Positions 48,289 to 58,365 are shown, counted from the stretch's first letter. The stretch: 64,000 nucleotides of DNA from Minisyncoccota bacterium (GCA_031291955.1 JARLIA010000005.1:9214-73213); one strand, 5' to 3'. Numbers and translations: made by a program. Notes: generated from the sequence alone by a model not told the origin.

Positions 48289-51200
48289 ATGACAAAAATA
48301 AAAAACGGAATCTTGCCAAAGTTGTTCATAAAAACATTTGTTTTCAGTGTGTTTGGCGCACTGACTTTTTTTAGTGGTTCGTCTTTTGCGAATGCGGGAT
48401 CGGTGCCTGGAGCAGTTATGGACCACATGACCGTCCGCTACAACAATTCTCCGACCGTTAGTCTTAACTCCGGCGACACCAAGACCATTTCCATCAATGC
48501 CGATGATTCTTCCGGCAACACATTTATTTCATACACTGGCGACCAATCCATCACTCTTTCCGGCGCTTCCGCTACTGAGAGTAATCATCCGACCTGCACG
48601 GACAAAGACGGCAACCCAGTTGCTTTCGGCACCGCCATGACGCTCAACTTTGTGAACGGCGTGGCTACTTGCGACATGACCCTCTATAAGGCCGAGATGG
48701 CCCATATTAATGCTACCGACGGGACTTACAGTTCCAGCGGCGACAGCTCCTACGGACTGGATGCGACGATAAGCAGTATGGATCATCTGACGGTCCGCTA
48801 TGGCAATTCTTCGTCTATAACGGGTGATATGTGGACGACTAATCTTGATGACAAAACGGTCTCCAAAGTAACTCCGAACGGAACAGCTACTACCTACGAC
48901 GGGACAGGAAGCTATCCCAGTAGTATTGCTTTTGACGGAACCAATATGTGGGTAGCTAATGCTTTTGGCAATTCTGTGACTGAAATTGCTCCGGACGGAA
49001 CCATGGCCACCTATGCCGGTACAGGCAGAGGGCCTAATGGTATTGCTTTTGACGGGACGAATATGTGGACAGCTAATGATAATAATTCAGTCACTAAAAT
49101 TGCTCCGGACGGAACCATGACCACCTATACTGGGACGGGAGGAGAGCCTTTTGGTATCGCTTTTGACGGGACGAACATGTGGACATCTAATGATGACAGT
49201 TCGGTCACTAAGGTCGCCCCGGACGGAACCATGACCACCTATGACGGTACCGGGGTTGATCCTTATGTCATTGCTTTTGACGGGACCAACATGTGGACGG
49301 CTAATTACAGCGACAATTCCGTTACTAAGGTCGCCCCGGACGGAACCATGACCACCTACACCGGGACAGGGAGTAATCCTGGTGGCATTGCTTTTGACGG
49401 AACCAACATGTGGACAGCTAATTCTAGCGACAATTCTGTTACCGAGATTGCTCCGGATGGAACCATGACTACCTACACCGGGACAGGGAATAATCCGGTT
49501 AGTATCGCTTTTGACGGGACCAGTATGTGGACAGCCAACATGGGCGACAATTCTGTCACCAAGGTTGTCCCGGATGGAGCAATGGCTACTTATGACGGGA
49601 CAGGAACGGAGGGAAGTAGGACTTACGCTATCGCTTTTGATGGTTTCACGTTGCCATACGATGGACATGGCGCAAGCCATCAATCTTCAACCGTCACCAT
49701 GAATTCCGGCGACACCAAGACCATTTCCATTAACGCCGATGATTCTTTCGGCAACACATTTACTTCATACTCCGGTGACAAGAGCGTTACTCTTTCCGGC
49801 GCTTCCGCTGCTGGTAGCAATCATCCGACCTGCACCGACAAGGATGGCAATCCTGTTGCTTTCGGCACTGCCATGACTTTGAATTTTGTGAGCGGCGTGG
49901 CTACTTGCGACATGACCCTCTATAAGCCAGAGACGGCGCACATTGACGCTACCGACGGGACTTACAGTTCCAGTGGCGACAGTTCGTATGGGCTGGATGC
50001 GACGGTGGATGGAAGCGAAACCCCGCCAGACACTCCAACTCCGCCAGATACTCCAATCCCTCCAAATTCAGAGGATGTTTGTTCGGAGGGGGAGTCTCAT
50101 CATCTTGACTTGTCTGATAGCGGCAAAAAAAACAGGCTGACTTTCAGTGCGCGCATATCTTCCGGTGATTCGGAAACATCGGACAGCATTTCATCCGGAA
50201 AAGACCAGAATACTCGTCTATACAAAGCGGAAGTGAAAGCAGACGGAAATTCGGAAATTTGCGGATCATTCACGGTGAATAAAATCAATAATCTGCCTGC
50301 CAGAATAAAATTGCCCAAGGAATATTCCCAGTGCAGTGTTTATCGTTATCTCGATATTCAATCAAAAAATGATTTTGACAACAGTGATGTCGACAAGGCC
50401 ACGCTTTGGTTCCGCATCAATAGTAAATGGGAATTAGACAATAATATAGCCAACCCAGTGCTTGTTCAAAGCGATGCTCATGACAACAAAATACTGAATT
50501 TCAAAAAAGACAAGAAATATTCAAATGGTTATATCTACAAAGCTGACTCGTCCAAGCTTTTTGGTCATTGGACGATCTTAGGTTGTCCTGCTTCGAAGAA
50601 AATTATTCCTCCGGTTGTTACGCCGGCCAAACTGGAAAACCCGCCAACAACTCATTTCAACCGCGACAATTCGTCCGTTCCGGTTGTGACCAGCGGTGTC
50701 CTGCCGGAAAGTTCAAATACTCCCGAAAAGGCGTTGGAAAAAACAACATCAACTCCCGCGCCGGACAGAGGATCTATCCTTGGCGTCTGGGCGTCCAATT
50801 TGGTCTCTAAAAATTTCCCTGCAGTCAAATCTATCCCGGCCGCTTTCATGCTGATAAGTTTCATCCAGTTTTTGGCGCTTCTCAATAATGCCAAAGATCT
50901 GCCGGTCATGATGCGTCAATCTTTTCCTTGGATTTTCGGCATCATCGGCAAGAGAAAGAAGGAACGGATGGATTGGGGGATTGTCTACGATGTTGACACC
51001 GGAAAACCTCTCTCGCTGTCGACTGTGCGGATCGTGGATGAGAAGAGCGGTCGCGTCAAAGAAACTAAGGTGACGGACAAATACGGAGCCTACTATTTCC
51101 TGGTTCCCGCGGGCGACTACCATCTTGATCTGGAAAAGAAAGCCTACGCGCCGTTCCAGATTGCAAGCCTTTCAGCGATTCCCGCGTTTTATTCGCCAGT

Positions 51201-51705
51201 CTTCAATTACGCGCCTTTCTCATTTCAGGAAGATGAAAAGGTGGATTTCTTTCTCTCAATGCGGAAAGACAAGCCGTCGTGGACAAATTTCCTGAATCGA
51301 TCCTGGCTGACTGGCTTTTTCAGGCTAATCTTCTGGCTTGGCTTCTTCCTGGACATCTTCATTACCATTATCGCGCCCACGCCGCTCAATATTCTTCTGC
51401 TGCTTGTCTATATCTATCTAGGTTTCCTCCGGAACATGTTCTTGGATGGCCTGAAATGGGGACGCGTTATCAACAACGACGGGACTAGCCAGCCTTTTTC
51501 CACTATCAAGCTGATGAAGAACGGCGAATTGGTCACCCGAGCCGTTTCTGACGAGAAGGGTCGTTATTTCCTGGTGGCCAATCCCGGCAATTACACTTTG
51601 GAAATCACCACTCCGACCAGCACCAGCGGTCAAGTGCTCTCCGGCAGAAGAAGCGTCTCGCTGAGGCGAAGAGCTTCAATTAAGGAAATCGTGATAGTGA
51701 AGTGA
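48289..51705 (+). CDS. Large surface protein: duplicated Ig-like domain, 7-repeat beta-propeller, C-terminal TMs and carboxypeptidase-regulatory-like domains
   Basis: Seven 38-41 aa repeats MWxxN..SVTK.APDG...IAFDG; VYRYLDI module; GIVYD..VTDKYGAYYF. Confidence 0.85.
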   Translation: MTKIKNGILPKLFIKTFVFSVFGALTFFSGSSFANAGSVPGAVMDHMTVRYNNSPTVSLNSGDTKTISINADDSSGNTFISYTGDQSITLSGASATESNHPTCTDKDGNPVAFGTAMTLNFVNGVATCDMTLYKAEMAHINATDGTYSSSGDSSYGLDATISSMDHLTVRYGNSSSITGDMWTTNLDDKTVSKVTPNGTATTYDGTGSYPSSIAFDGTNMWVANAFGNSVTEIAPDGTMATYAGTGRGPNGIAFDGTNMWTANDNNSVTKIAPDGTMTTYTGTGGEPFGIAFDGTNMWTSNDDSSVTKVAPDGTMTTYDGTGVDPYVIAFDGTNMWTANYSDNSVTKVAPDGTMTTYTGTGSNPGGIAFDGTNMWTANSSDNSVTEIAPDGTMTTYTGTGNNPVSIAFDGTSMWTANMGDNSVTKVVPDGAMATYDGTGTEGSRTYAIAFDGFTLPYDGHGASHQSSTVTMNSGDTKTISINADDSFGNTFTSYSGDKSVTLSGASAAGSNHPTCTDKDGNPVAFGTAMTLNFVSGVATCDMTLYKPETAHIDATDGTYSSSGDSSYGLDATVDGSETPPDTPTPPDTPIPPNSEDVCSEGESHHLDLSDSGKKNRLTFSARISSGDSETSDSISSGKDQNTRLYKAEVKADGNSEICGSFTVNKINNLPARIKLPKEYSQCSVYRYLDIQSKNDFDNSDVDKATLWFRINSKWELDNNIANPVLVQSDAHDNKILNFKKDKKYSNGYIYKADSSKLFGHWTILGCPASKKIIPPVVTPAKLENPPTTHFNRDNSSVPVVTSGVLPESSNTPEKALEKTTSTPAPDRGSILGVWASNLVSKNFPAVKSIPAAFMLISFIQFLALLNNAKDLPVMMRQSFPWIFGIIGKRKKERMDWGIVYDVDTGKPLSLSTVRIVDEKSGRVKETKVTDKYGAYYFLVPAGDYHLDLEKKAYAPFQIASLSAIPAFYSPVFNYAPFSFQEDEKVDFFLSMRKDKPSWTNFLNRSWLTGFFRLIFWLGFFLDIFITIIAPTPLNILLLLVYIYLGFLRNMFLDGLKWGRVINNDGTSQPFSTIKLMKNGELVTRAVSDEKGRYFLVANPGNYTLEITTPTSTSGQVLSGRRSVSLRRRASIKEIVIVK

Positions 51706-51772
51706 CGGCTTTGCGGGGATAGCACTTGTGGTATAATAGAAGCGTAAAAACAAAAAGAAAGGCAGGTGAATT

Positions 51773-51949
51773 ATGCATAAAATAAAATCGGGCGAGTGGC
51801 TCATCTGGCTTTCAGTGCTGGCGGTAGTTTTGGCTGCAATTGACTTTATGACCAAGGGGAATATTCTGAATCTGGCCGGAACCCAGTGGATTTTGATTGC
51901 CATTGTTTTGGGAATTTATAGCCTGTATCTCAAAGATAAAGTCGTTTAA
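51773..51949 (+). CDS. Small two-TM membrane protein (58 aa)
   Basis: Manual translation MHKIKSGEWLIWLSVLAVV..LAGTQWILIAIVLGIY; AGGTGA SD and TATAAT upstream. Confidence 0.65.
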   Translation: MHKIKSGEWLIWLSVLAVVLAAIDFMTKGNILNLAGTQWILIAIVLGIYSLYLKDKVV

Positions 51950-51964
51950 TTTTTTCCGGAACAC

Positions 51965-52456
51965 ATGAAGATAGAGAAAAAATTGTACGTTATCGTTCAC
52001 AATGTTAGGAGCGCTCATAACGTTGGCGCTATTTTTCGGACAGCGGATGGGCTGGGCGTTGAAGGGATGTATCTGACCGGATACACCCCGGCACCTTACC
52101 GCGAAAACGAAGCGCCGTATTCAACTGACGCGCAAAAAAGAATGAGCAAGACCGCTTTGGGGGCGGAGAAGTTCGTGCCCTGGGAAAAGAGAGTGGATAT
52201 TTTTTCTTTGATTTCTGATTTGAAAAAACAAGGTTTTCAAATTATTTCTCTCGAGCTGGCGCCGGAAAGCGTGGACATTCGAAAATTCCAGCCGGATTTC
52301 CAGTGTGCCTTGATTGTTGGCACAGAAACGACCGGAATAGACAATGCTATTTTAGCCGCTTCGGACGCGGTCGTATCCATTCCCATGCGCGGCCGAAAAG
52401 AATCTTTCAATGTGTCGGTGGCGGCGGGAATTGCGATGTATGAAATTTTGAAATAG
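51965..52456 (+). CDS. TrmH/SpoU family RNA methyltransferase
   Basis: HNVRSAHNVGAIFRTAD, VGTE..G, IPMRGRKESFNVSVA. Confidence 0.93.
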   Translation: MKIEKKLYVIVHNVRSAHNVGAIFRTADGLGVEGMYLTGYTPAPYRENEAPYSTDAQKRMSKTALGAEKFVPWEKRVDIFSLISDLKKQGFQIISLELAPESVDIRKFQPDFQCALIVGTETTGIDNAILAASDAVVSIPMRGRKESFNVSVAAGIAMYEILK

Positions 52457-52507
52457 TTTTTTTAGTTGTTTTATTGCTAGTGTATTTGTGGGCGATAATT
52501 ATAATTT

Positions 52508-53224
52508 ATGGCCAATATAAAAAACAAACTCGCCGTCTTTGATATCGACGGAACAATTTTTAGAAAAAACCTGGCCTTTGAGCTGATCAACGAGCTGGCC
52601 TGGATGAAAATTTTTCGGCGCGATGTGCGGGACGAACTGGTCCGGCACTACACCCGTTGGCTGGATCATAAGGGCACTTACGAAGAATATCGTCAGGCGC
52701 TTGTTTTGCTTTATCGAGAAAACTTGAAAGGTTGTCGCAAGCAGGATATTCTCAAGGCTTGTCGGGTGGTGATGCCGTTTTTCAAAGACCGGACGTATGT
52801 TTTTGCCGATCAGCTGATCGCGGAACTCAAGAAGAAAAAATATCACATCATTGCTATTTCTGGCTCGCCGTCTGAGATTGTCGAGGAATACAACAAATAT
52901 CTGAAATTTGACGCGGTTTACGGTTCAATCTATGAAACTGACGACGAAGATATTTACACCGGCGCGGAAGCTTTTGTGCCGACCGCCCACAAAGGTCATG
53001 TGGTAAGGCAATATGCCACCGAAAAGAAGTTGTCGCTCGAAGATTCTTACGGCGTGGGCGACACCGAATCGGACGCCAAATTCTTGGAAATTGTCGACCA
53101 CCCGATTGCCTTCAATCCAAATCTTAATTTGCAAAAAATTGCCAAAAAGGCTGATTGGCGGATCGTGGTGGAACGGAAAGATGTGATCTACGAAATTGAT
53201 AATGGAGTAAAAATAATCGAATAA
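52508..53224 (+). CDS. HAD-IB family hydrolase
   Basis: FDIDGT, ISGS, K, GDTESD motifs. Confidence 0.92.
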   Translation: MANIKNKLAVFDIDGTIFRKNLAFELINELAWMKIFRRDVRDELVRHYTRWLDHKGTYEEYRQALVLLYRENLKGCRKQDILKACRVVMPFFKDRTYVFADQLIAELKKKKYHIIAISGSPSEIVEEYNKYLKFDAVYGSIYETDDEDIYTGAEAFVPTAHKGHVVRQYATEKKLSLEDSYGVGDTESDAKFLEIVDHPIAFNPNLNLQKIAKKADWRIVVERKDVIYEIDNGVKIIE

Positions 53225-53228
53225 AATT

Positions 53229-53423
53229 ATGCTGACCGCTTACGTAATTTTGGGAGTCATCGCTTTTATTTTCCTGTTTTTGATTTATCTTGTTCTGGAT
53301 TTCGTTACCGTTAAAGGTGGTGCTAACGCTTTTTGGGATAAATGGGTTAAAAAAACTCTTTGGATCTGGCTACCTTTTTACGCCTTGCAAAGATTGATAA
53401 GACAGGTAATCCTGAAGAAGTAG
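53229..53423 (+). CDS. Small membrane protein
   Basis: 64 aa, TM, KKTLWIWLPFYAL; closely follows the HAD gene. Confidence 0.65.
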   Translation: MLTAYVILGVIAFIFLFLIYLVLDFVTVKGGANAFWDKWVKKTLWIWLPFYALQRLIRQVILKK

Positions 53424-53496
53424 AGGCAGTATCTCGTCTCTACGAAAATCAAAAACCACCCCATTTTCAGGGGTGGTTTTTTATCAAGAAAATAAA

Positions 53497-53841
53497 CTAT
53501 TTCACGTTCTCGATGAATTTGGCAAAAACTTGTGGGTTTTCGACGGCCATTTGAGAGAGTACTTTGCGGTCCACCTCAATCTTCTTGTCGGTCATCAGGT
53601 GAACGAGCTGGCTATATTTCATTCCCAGCTCTCTGACGGCGATGTTGAGGCGGGTGATCCAGAGACGCCGGGTGGTTCTTTTTTTGGTCCGGCGGTCGCG
53701 ATAAGCGTAGGTGCCAGCCTTAATTACCGCTTGTTTAGCGGCTCGGTAGGTCTTACTTCTTCTCCAGCGATAACCTTTGGCGTCGGCGAGGAGATTCTTT
53801 CTTCTTTTTGAGGCGGCCAGGCCGCGTTTTACTCTAGTCAT
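53497..53841 (-). CDS. rplT: 50S ribosomal protein L20
   Basis: MTRVKRG..YAYRDRR..LWITRLN..DRKVLS. Confidence 0.98.
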   Translation of the reverse strand: MTRVKRGLAASKRRKNLLADAKGYRWRRSKTYRAAKQAVIKAGTYAYRDRRTKKRTTRRLWITRLNIAVRELGMKYSQLVHLMTDKKIEVDRKVLSQMAVENPQVFAKFIENVK

Positions 53842-53942
53842 TTTAACATTTTAACATTTTAACATATTAACAAAAGAAAATTAGCATTATAGAACGTTAA
53901 CGTTGTTGAAATGCTAATATGTTAATATGTTGAAATGATCTT

Positions 53943-54134
53943 TTAGTGTAATGCTTTCAGGACATTTTTTTCGTCTGTTCGGAACAATCTCTGATCGCTT
54001 TTCTTGTCCCGGCCGACTTTCCCGTTTTCTTTGGAATTATAGTGGTTCTGGCCGGTCGATCGCCGGAGAACTTTCTTGCCTTTGGTAACCTTTATCTTTT
54101 TCACCAAAGCCTTCTTGGTTTTCATTTTAGGCAT
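53943..54134 (-). CDS. rpmI: 50S ribosomal protein L35
   Basis: MPKMKTKK; position between infC and rplT. Confidence 0.93.
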   Translation of the reverse strand: MPKMKTKKALVKKIKVTKGKKVLRRSTGQNHYNSKENGKVGRDKKSDQRLFRTDEKNVLKALH

Positions 54135-54150
54135 AAATTTTTTATAAATA

Positions 54151-54693
54151 TTATTGCGGGGTGATTATTACGTTAAATCCGCCGGGGAATCTTTTGAGTT
54201 CCTGTTCAACTTTGTTGGGAACAGAAATGGAGCGCATAAAATCAGTTAGATTTTTTCGAGCCAAATCTTGGTGGGCTTTTTCCCGGCCACGGAGATGAAT
54301 TTCTATTTTAACTTTGTTGCCTTTAGCTAAGAATTTTTCGGCCTGGTTCTTCTTGAATTCCAAGTCGTGCTCGTCAGTCCGGACGCCCAGGCGGATGCCT
54401 TTGATCTCGGATTTTTTCTGTTTGGATTTGTTCTGGCGGTCTTCCCTGGATTTCTGATATTGATATTTGCCGAAATCCATGATTTTGCAGACCGGTGGGA
54501 CGGCTTTCGGGGCGATCTCAACCAGATCGGCGCCGCGCTCTTTGGCAAGAATGATCGCTTGAGGCACACTCATGACGCCCAGCTGTTCGCCGTCTTCGCC
54601 AATAATCCGGGCTTCTTTGGCCCAGATATGTTCATTTATTCTAGTTCGCAGCTCTTTCTTCTTGGGAAGCGGCCGGCGGTATGTTCTTCTTAT
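54151..54693 (-). CDS. infC: Translation initiation factor IF-3, probable ATA start
   Basis: Frame stays open upstream of 54573 through RINEHI..EQLGVM to ATA at 54693; DLVEIAP..VCKIMDFGKY. Confidence 0.95.
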   Translation of the reverse strand: MRRTYRRPLPKKKELRTRINEHIWAKEARIIGEDGEQLGVMSVPQAIILAKERGADLVEIAPKAVPPVCKIMDFGKYQYQKSREDRQNKSKQKKSEIKGIRLGVRTDEHDLEFKKNQAEKFLAKGNKVKIEIHLRGREKAHQDLARKNLTDFMRSISVPNKVEQELKRFPGGFNVIITPQ

Positions 54694-54714
54694 GGGTGTA
54701 TATTACTGATTATG

Positions 54715-55104
54715 TGGAGATGGCGAGAATCGAACTCGCGTCCAAAATCATTCTAAAAAAATAATCTACAAGCTTAGCCTGTTTGGTAGTTTTGGCTGAG
54801 GATAGAAACAGACAAAATTACCTCAACCTATTCTCGAATTAATTTTACTAAAATTGCTCGAAAAAGACAATCCCAGCTAGCCCTATATTTGGCACCAGGG
54901 TCTGTCTATGGGGCGTCGACAGTCTGATGGCTAAAGCGATTAAGCTAAAGCGTAAGCGTAAGACGGAGCAAACGCCGAAGCGATCGCGGTCTTAGCTTTG
55001 GTTATAAAGTTTGCATTTATAACGTTTGATAGTGGATTAACGAGACAGCATCTTGCTCGGCTTGCCTATTTTAAAAGTACGATCTGTCGAAACCAAACAT
55101 CCCC
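54715..55104 (-). ncRNA. ssrA: tmRNA
   Basis: 5' GGGGATG..TTCGAC; 3' GAGTTCGATTCTCGCCATCTCCA with G3-U pair; tag ORF 55014-54940 ANFITKAKTAIASAFAPSYAYALA*; adjacent to smpB. Confidence 0.95.
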
Positions 55105-55112
55105 TGATTCGG

Positions 55113-55559
55113 TTAGAAATTTTTCAGCGCTCTTCGCATTCCTCGCTCGTCCTCTCTCTTTTTGATTTTCTCGCGCTTGTCGAACTTCTTTTTTCCCTTT
55201 CCTAAGCCAAATTCAAGTTTGATGAGTCGTCTTTTAGTATACATCTGAACCGGCACTAATGTCAAGCCTTCCGTGCGGGCCTGGCCGATGAGTCTTTTGA
55301 GCTCCAACCGGCGGACTAGGAGTTTTCGCGGCCGGGCCGGATCGTAGCTAGGAACTTTCCCGGCGTGTTTATAAAGTGGGATATGGGCATTGGTTAGATA
55401 CAATTCGTTACCATGGATTGTAACAAAAGCTTCTTTCAAGCTCACATGCCCGGCTTTGACTGATTTGACCTCGTGTCCAAGAAGCGCCAAACCGGCCTCG
55501 TATTTCTCGAGGATCTCATAGTCGAAATGGGCGCGTTTATTAATGGCGAGAGTTGGCAT
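55113..55559 (-). CDS. smpB: SsrA-binding protein
   Basis: NKRAHFDY..EAGLALLGHEVKS..RKLL..GKKKFDKRE. Confidence 0.97.
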   Translation of the reverse strand: MPTLAINKRAHFDYEILEKYEAGLALLGHEVKSVKAGHVSLKEAFVTIHGNELYLTNAHIPLYKHAGKVPSYDPARPRKLLVRRLELKRLIGQARTEGLTLVPVQMYTKRRLIKLEFGLGKGKKKFDKREKIKKREDERGMRRALKNF

Positions 55560-55682
55560 ATCTGAAGTCTATCAATATATTTTTAATAAAGCAATGAAGC
55601 CCATCATGGCTTTTCGCGGTTTGTAGACATAAAACAACTCCCTCGGAGAAGGGAATCTGTTTTAAGATTTTTATAAAACCAA

Positions 55683-55940
55683 TTATCCTCTCAAGTAGCC
55701 GGTTCGGCCCGTAAACAGCCCGACGATGAGCACCAGAATGATGGCGCCGATGGCCGCCACAATGATTGTTCCAATGATGCCATATCCGGCTCCAAGCCCG
55801 GAAAAAATCCAGCCACCAATAAAAGCACCGATGATGCCGACAATTATGTCGCCCAAGATGCCAAAGCCGGTTCCTCGCACCACCACTCCGGCCAGCCAGC
55901 CGGCGATGAGTCCCACGATAATTAAAGTCAGAATGCTCAT
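55683..55940 (-). CDS. GlsB/YeaQ/YmgE family membrane protein
   Basis: IIVGLIAGWLA..DIIVGIIGAFIGG. Confidence 0.9.
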   Translation of the reverse strand: MSILTLIIVGLIAGWLAGVVVRGTGFGILGDIIVGIIGAFIGGWIFSGLGAGYGIIGTIIVAAIGAIILVLIVGLFTGRTGYLRG

Positions 55941-55954
55941 TTTTTTACGTTTAT

Positions 55955-56188
55955 CTAATTATGGTCATATAGCTCAATCTTTCTCTCCTTACTCACGGCG
56001 CAACCGATGATTAGGCCAATGACTGCGCCAATCCCGGCCGCCATCAAGGCCGCTTTCTTGGGATTTTCGCTGATATATTTTTCTGCCTTTTCCCGTTTCT
56101 CAGCGGCTGTTTGTTTGAGCTCGGCATATTTATCTTTGGCTTTTTCTTTGGCCGCGTTCATATTTTCTTGCAAGTTTTCCTTGTCCAT
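55955..56188 (-). CDS. DUF883/ElaB/YqjD-like protein
   Basis: YISENPKKAALMAAGIGAVIG C-terminal TM. Confidence 0.8.
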   Translation of the reverse strand: MDKENLQENMNAAKEKAKDKYAELKQTAAEKREKAEKYISENPKKAALMAAGIGAVIGLIIGCAVSKERKIELYDHN

Positions 56189-56304
56189 ATAATTTTTTTT
56201 CTTATACCATTGCTATTAGTAGTCATCAGACCAGGTTTTTATTTCATCCGAAAAATAAAAAGACTCGCTCAGGTCTTGAGCGAGTCTTGCTGATTTTATG
56301 GTTC

Positions 56305-56862
56305 TTAGGCCCGTCCCACGTATTCGCCGCGTTCGGTGTTCACGATGATCTCATCGCTCTCATTGACAAAGAGAGGAGCGGAGACTTTAAGTCCGGTTTC
56401 CAAGGTTACGACTTTACCGCCGGTGGAAACAGTGTTGCCGCGGACGCCGGGCGGCGCTTCGATCACTTTCAAAGTCACCTTTACCGGCAGTTCAATGTTG
56501 ATTGGTTGGCCGTTGAAATTTAGGAGGGTCACTTCAGTGCCTTCCTTGAGATAATTCACATTGTTACCCAGTGCTTCGGAGGACAGTGAGAACTGTTCGT
56601 AGTTATCGTTATCCATGAAATTATAATCATCGCCTTCGCGGTAGGTGTATTGCGCTTTAGATTTGGCAATGTCCGCCTCATAGACGGCCTCCGATCCTTG
56701 GAAAGTTTTTTCCTGGACCGCGCCGGTAATCAGGTTTTTGAGTTTGGTACGCAAAACCGCTCCGGGTCGGCCGGTTTTGGAATGTTCATGATGGACGACT
56801 ACATAAGGCGTGTCGTTCCACAAGATATTTTTTCCAGTTTTGATGTCGGAAAGAGAAAGCAT
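56305..56862 (-). CDS. efp: Elongation factor P
   Basis: KTGRPGA loop, FMDNDNYEQ, PGVRGNT, LETG, GEYVGRA. Confidence 0.96.
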   Translation of the reverse strand: MLSLSDIKTGKNILWNDTPYVVVHHEHSKTGRPGAVLRTKLKNLITGAVQEKTFQGSEAVYEADIAKSKAQYTYREGDDYNFMDNDNYEQFSLSSEALGNNVNYLKEGTEVTLLNFNGQPINIELPVKVTLKVIEAPPGVRGNTVSTGGKVVTLETGLKVSAPLFVNESDEIIVNTERGEYVGRA

Positions 56863-56948
56863 ATTAGCATTTTAGCATATTAACATTTTAACAATAAAAA
56901 CTTAGCATATTGCTGATATGCTGACATGCTAAAATGTTAACATGAAAA

Positions 56949-57167
56949 TTATTTGACGACGAATGGCACAAGTGCCATTGAACGGGCTTTTTTGATGGCG
57001 TTGGCCAAGGTTCGCTGATGGCGGGCGCAAGTGCCGTGCCTCTTGGGCGGATAGATTTTGCCCTGCGAGTTCATGAAGCGACGCAAAAGATAAGCGTCTT
57101 TGAAATCGATCTTATCCATCTTGTGCTGGCAGAAATAGCAAAGCTTTTTTTCTTGTTGAATTTCCAT
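56949..57167 (-). CDS. rpsR: 30S ribosomal protein S18
   Basis: CYFC..IDFKD..GKIYP..CARHQR..AIKKAR. Confidence 0.96.
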   Translation of the reverse strand: MEIQQEKKLCYFCQHKMDKIDFKDAYLLRRFMNSQGKIYPPKRHGTCARHQRTLANAIKKARSMALVPFVVK

Positions 57168-57226
57168 AAGTATTTACCGCATCAAGTTAAAAGTCTAACT
57201 TTTAACTTTTACTTTTTAACTTTTAA

Positions 57227-57736
57227 CTAGAATGGTACGTCTTCAATTCTCACTTCTTCCTCTTCGTCCAAATCGATGGTCGGCAATTGTTCGGCCGGGA
57301 CTTCCGGGGCGGGAGCGGCTTGGGGTCTGGCCGGTGCCGGATTTTGCGGAGTGTTGTAATTATTTCCAGCCGGAGCGAAGTTTCCCGCGCCTGATTCATA
57401 GGCGCTTCGGGGCTTGGCGCCGAGTTGCATATTTTCGACCACGATATCCGTCCGGTAGCGGTCGACGCCGCTCTTGTCGGAGTATTTAGTGGTTTGGAGA
57501 CGACCCTCAAAATAGGCTTCCTGGCCCTTGATCAGATATTGGCCGGCGATTTCGCCCAGTCTTCCCCAGAGAACCAAGTTGTGGAATTCGGTCTTCTCCT
57601 GCTTCTGTCCATTTTTATCTTTCCAGGTGTGACTGGTGGCGAGAGATACCGAGGCGACGGTCTGGCCGGAGGGCGTAGTCCGCACTTCCGGATCGCGCGT
57701 CAGCCGTCCGACGAGCATGACTTTGTTGACATTCAT
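57227..57736 (-). CDS. ssb: Single-stranded DNA-binding protein
   Basis: NKVMLVGRLTRDPE, EGRLQT, acidic DVPF tail. Confidence 0.98.
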   Translation of the reverse strand: MNVNKVMLVGRLTRDPEVRTTPSGQTVASVSLATSHTWKDKNGQKQEKTEFHNLVLWGRLGEIAGQYLIKGQEAYFEGRLQTTKYSDKSGVDRYRTDIVVENMQLGAKPRSAYESGAGNFAPAGNNYNTPQNPAPARPQAAPAPEVPAEQLPTIDLDEEEEVRIEDVPF

Positions 57737-57807
57737 AATATTCTCGTAACGCGAAACGTGGAGCGCGAAACGGAGTCGTTACGCGTTATGTGTTACGCGT
57801 TTTGCGA

Positions 57808-58365
57808 TTAGATATTAAGTATTTCTTCCAATTTTTTGTCAATGTCTTCGTTTTGCTTTTTCTGGTCTTCCTCGCTTTTTTCTTCGGGAGCTTCTTCTTG
57901 GAGCGTTTCGGCAGCTGGCTTCTCTTTTGGAGCTGCTTCAACGGTTTCCTTTTTCTTTTCAATCGGCTTCACTTCGGTCGGTGCTTTTTCTTTGGCTGTC
58001 TTTTCTTCTTTTCTTCTTTGCGGCGCGCTTTCTTTTTGGAGTGCTTCATTGATCCTTTCTTCTTTGGTTTTCAGTTCCGGCAGTTCCGAAGCCCGGCTCA
58101 AGAGGAAGCGTAGAACTCCACCGTTCAGATTAAGCTTGCTGCTTATGTCATTCAAACTCTCCGCGTTCTCCAGCTCGAACCGAGAAGCGACATAGACGCC
58201 GTGGGTGTCGTGCTTGATCTTGTAGGCCAACTTTCTTTTCTCCTGGGTTTCTTTCTCCTCAAAAACCCCGCCGGCTTCGGTGACCAGCTTCTTGATTTCC
58301 GCTTTCACTTTTTCGACTTCGGCTTCCTTGGAACCGCTGATGAGGTAAAACAGTTCGTATCTCAT
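57808..58365 (-). CDS. rpsF: 30S ribosomal protein S6 with long charged C-terminal extension
   Basis: MRYELFY..KRKLAYKIK..GVY..VLRFL; rpsF-ssb-rpsR order. Confidence 0.93.
   Translation of the reverse strand: MRYELFYLISGSKEAEVEKVKAEIKKLVTEAGGVFEEKETQEKRKLAYKIKHDTHGVYVASRFELENAESLNDISSKLNLNGGVLRFLLSRASELPELKTKEERINEALQKESAPQRRKEEKTAKEKAPTEVKPIEKKKETVEAAPKEKPAAETLQEEAPEEKSEEDQKKQNEDIDKKLEEILNI

Noticed and set aside
48830-49645. CRISPR array
   Set aside because: Repeats are in-frame ~117-bp coding units without unique spacers; no cas genes
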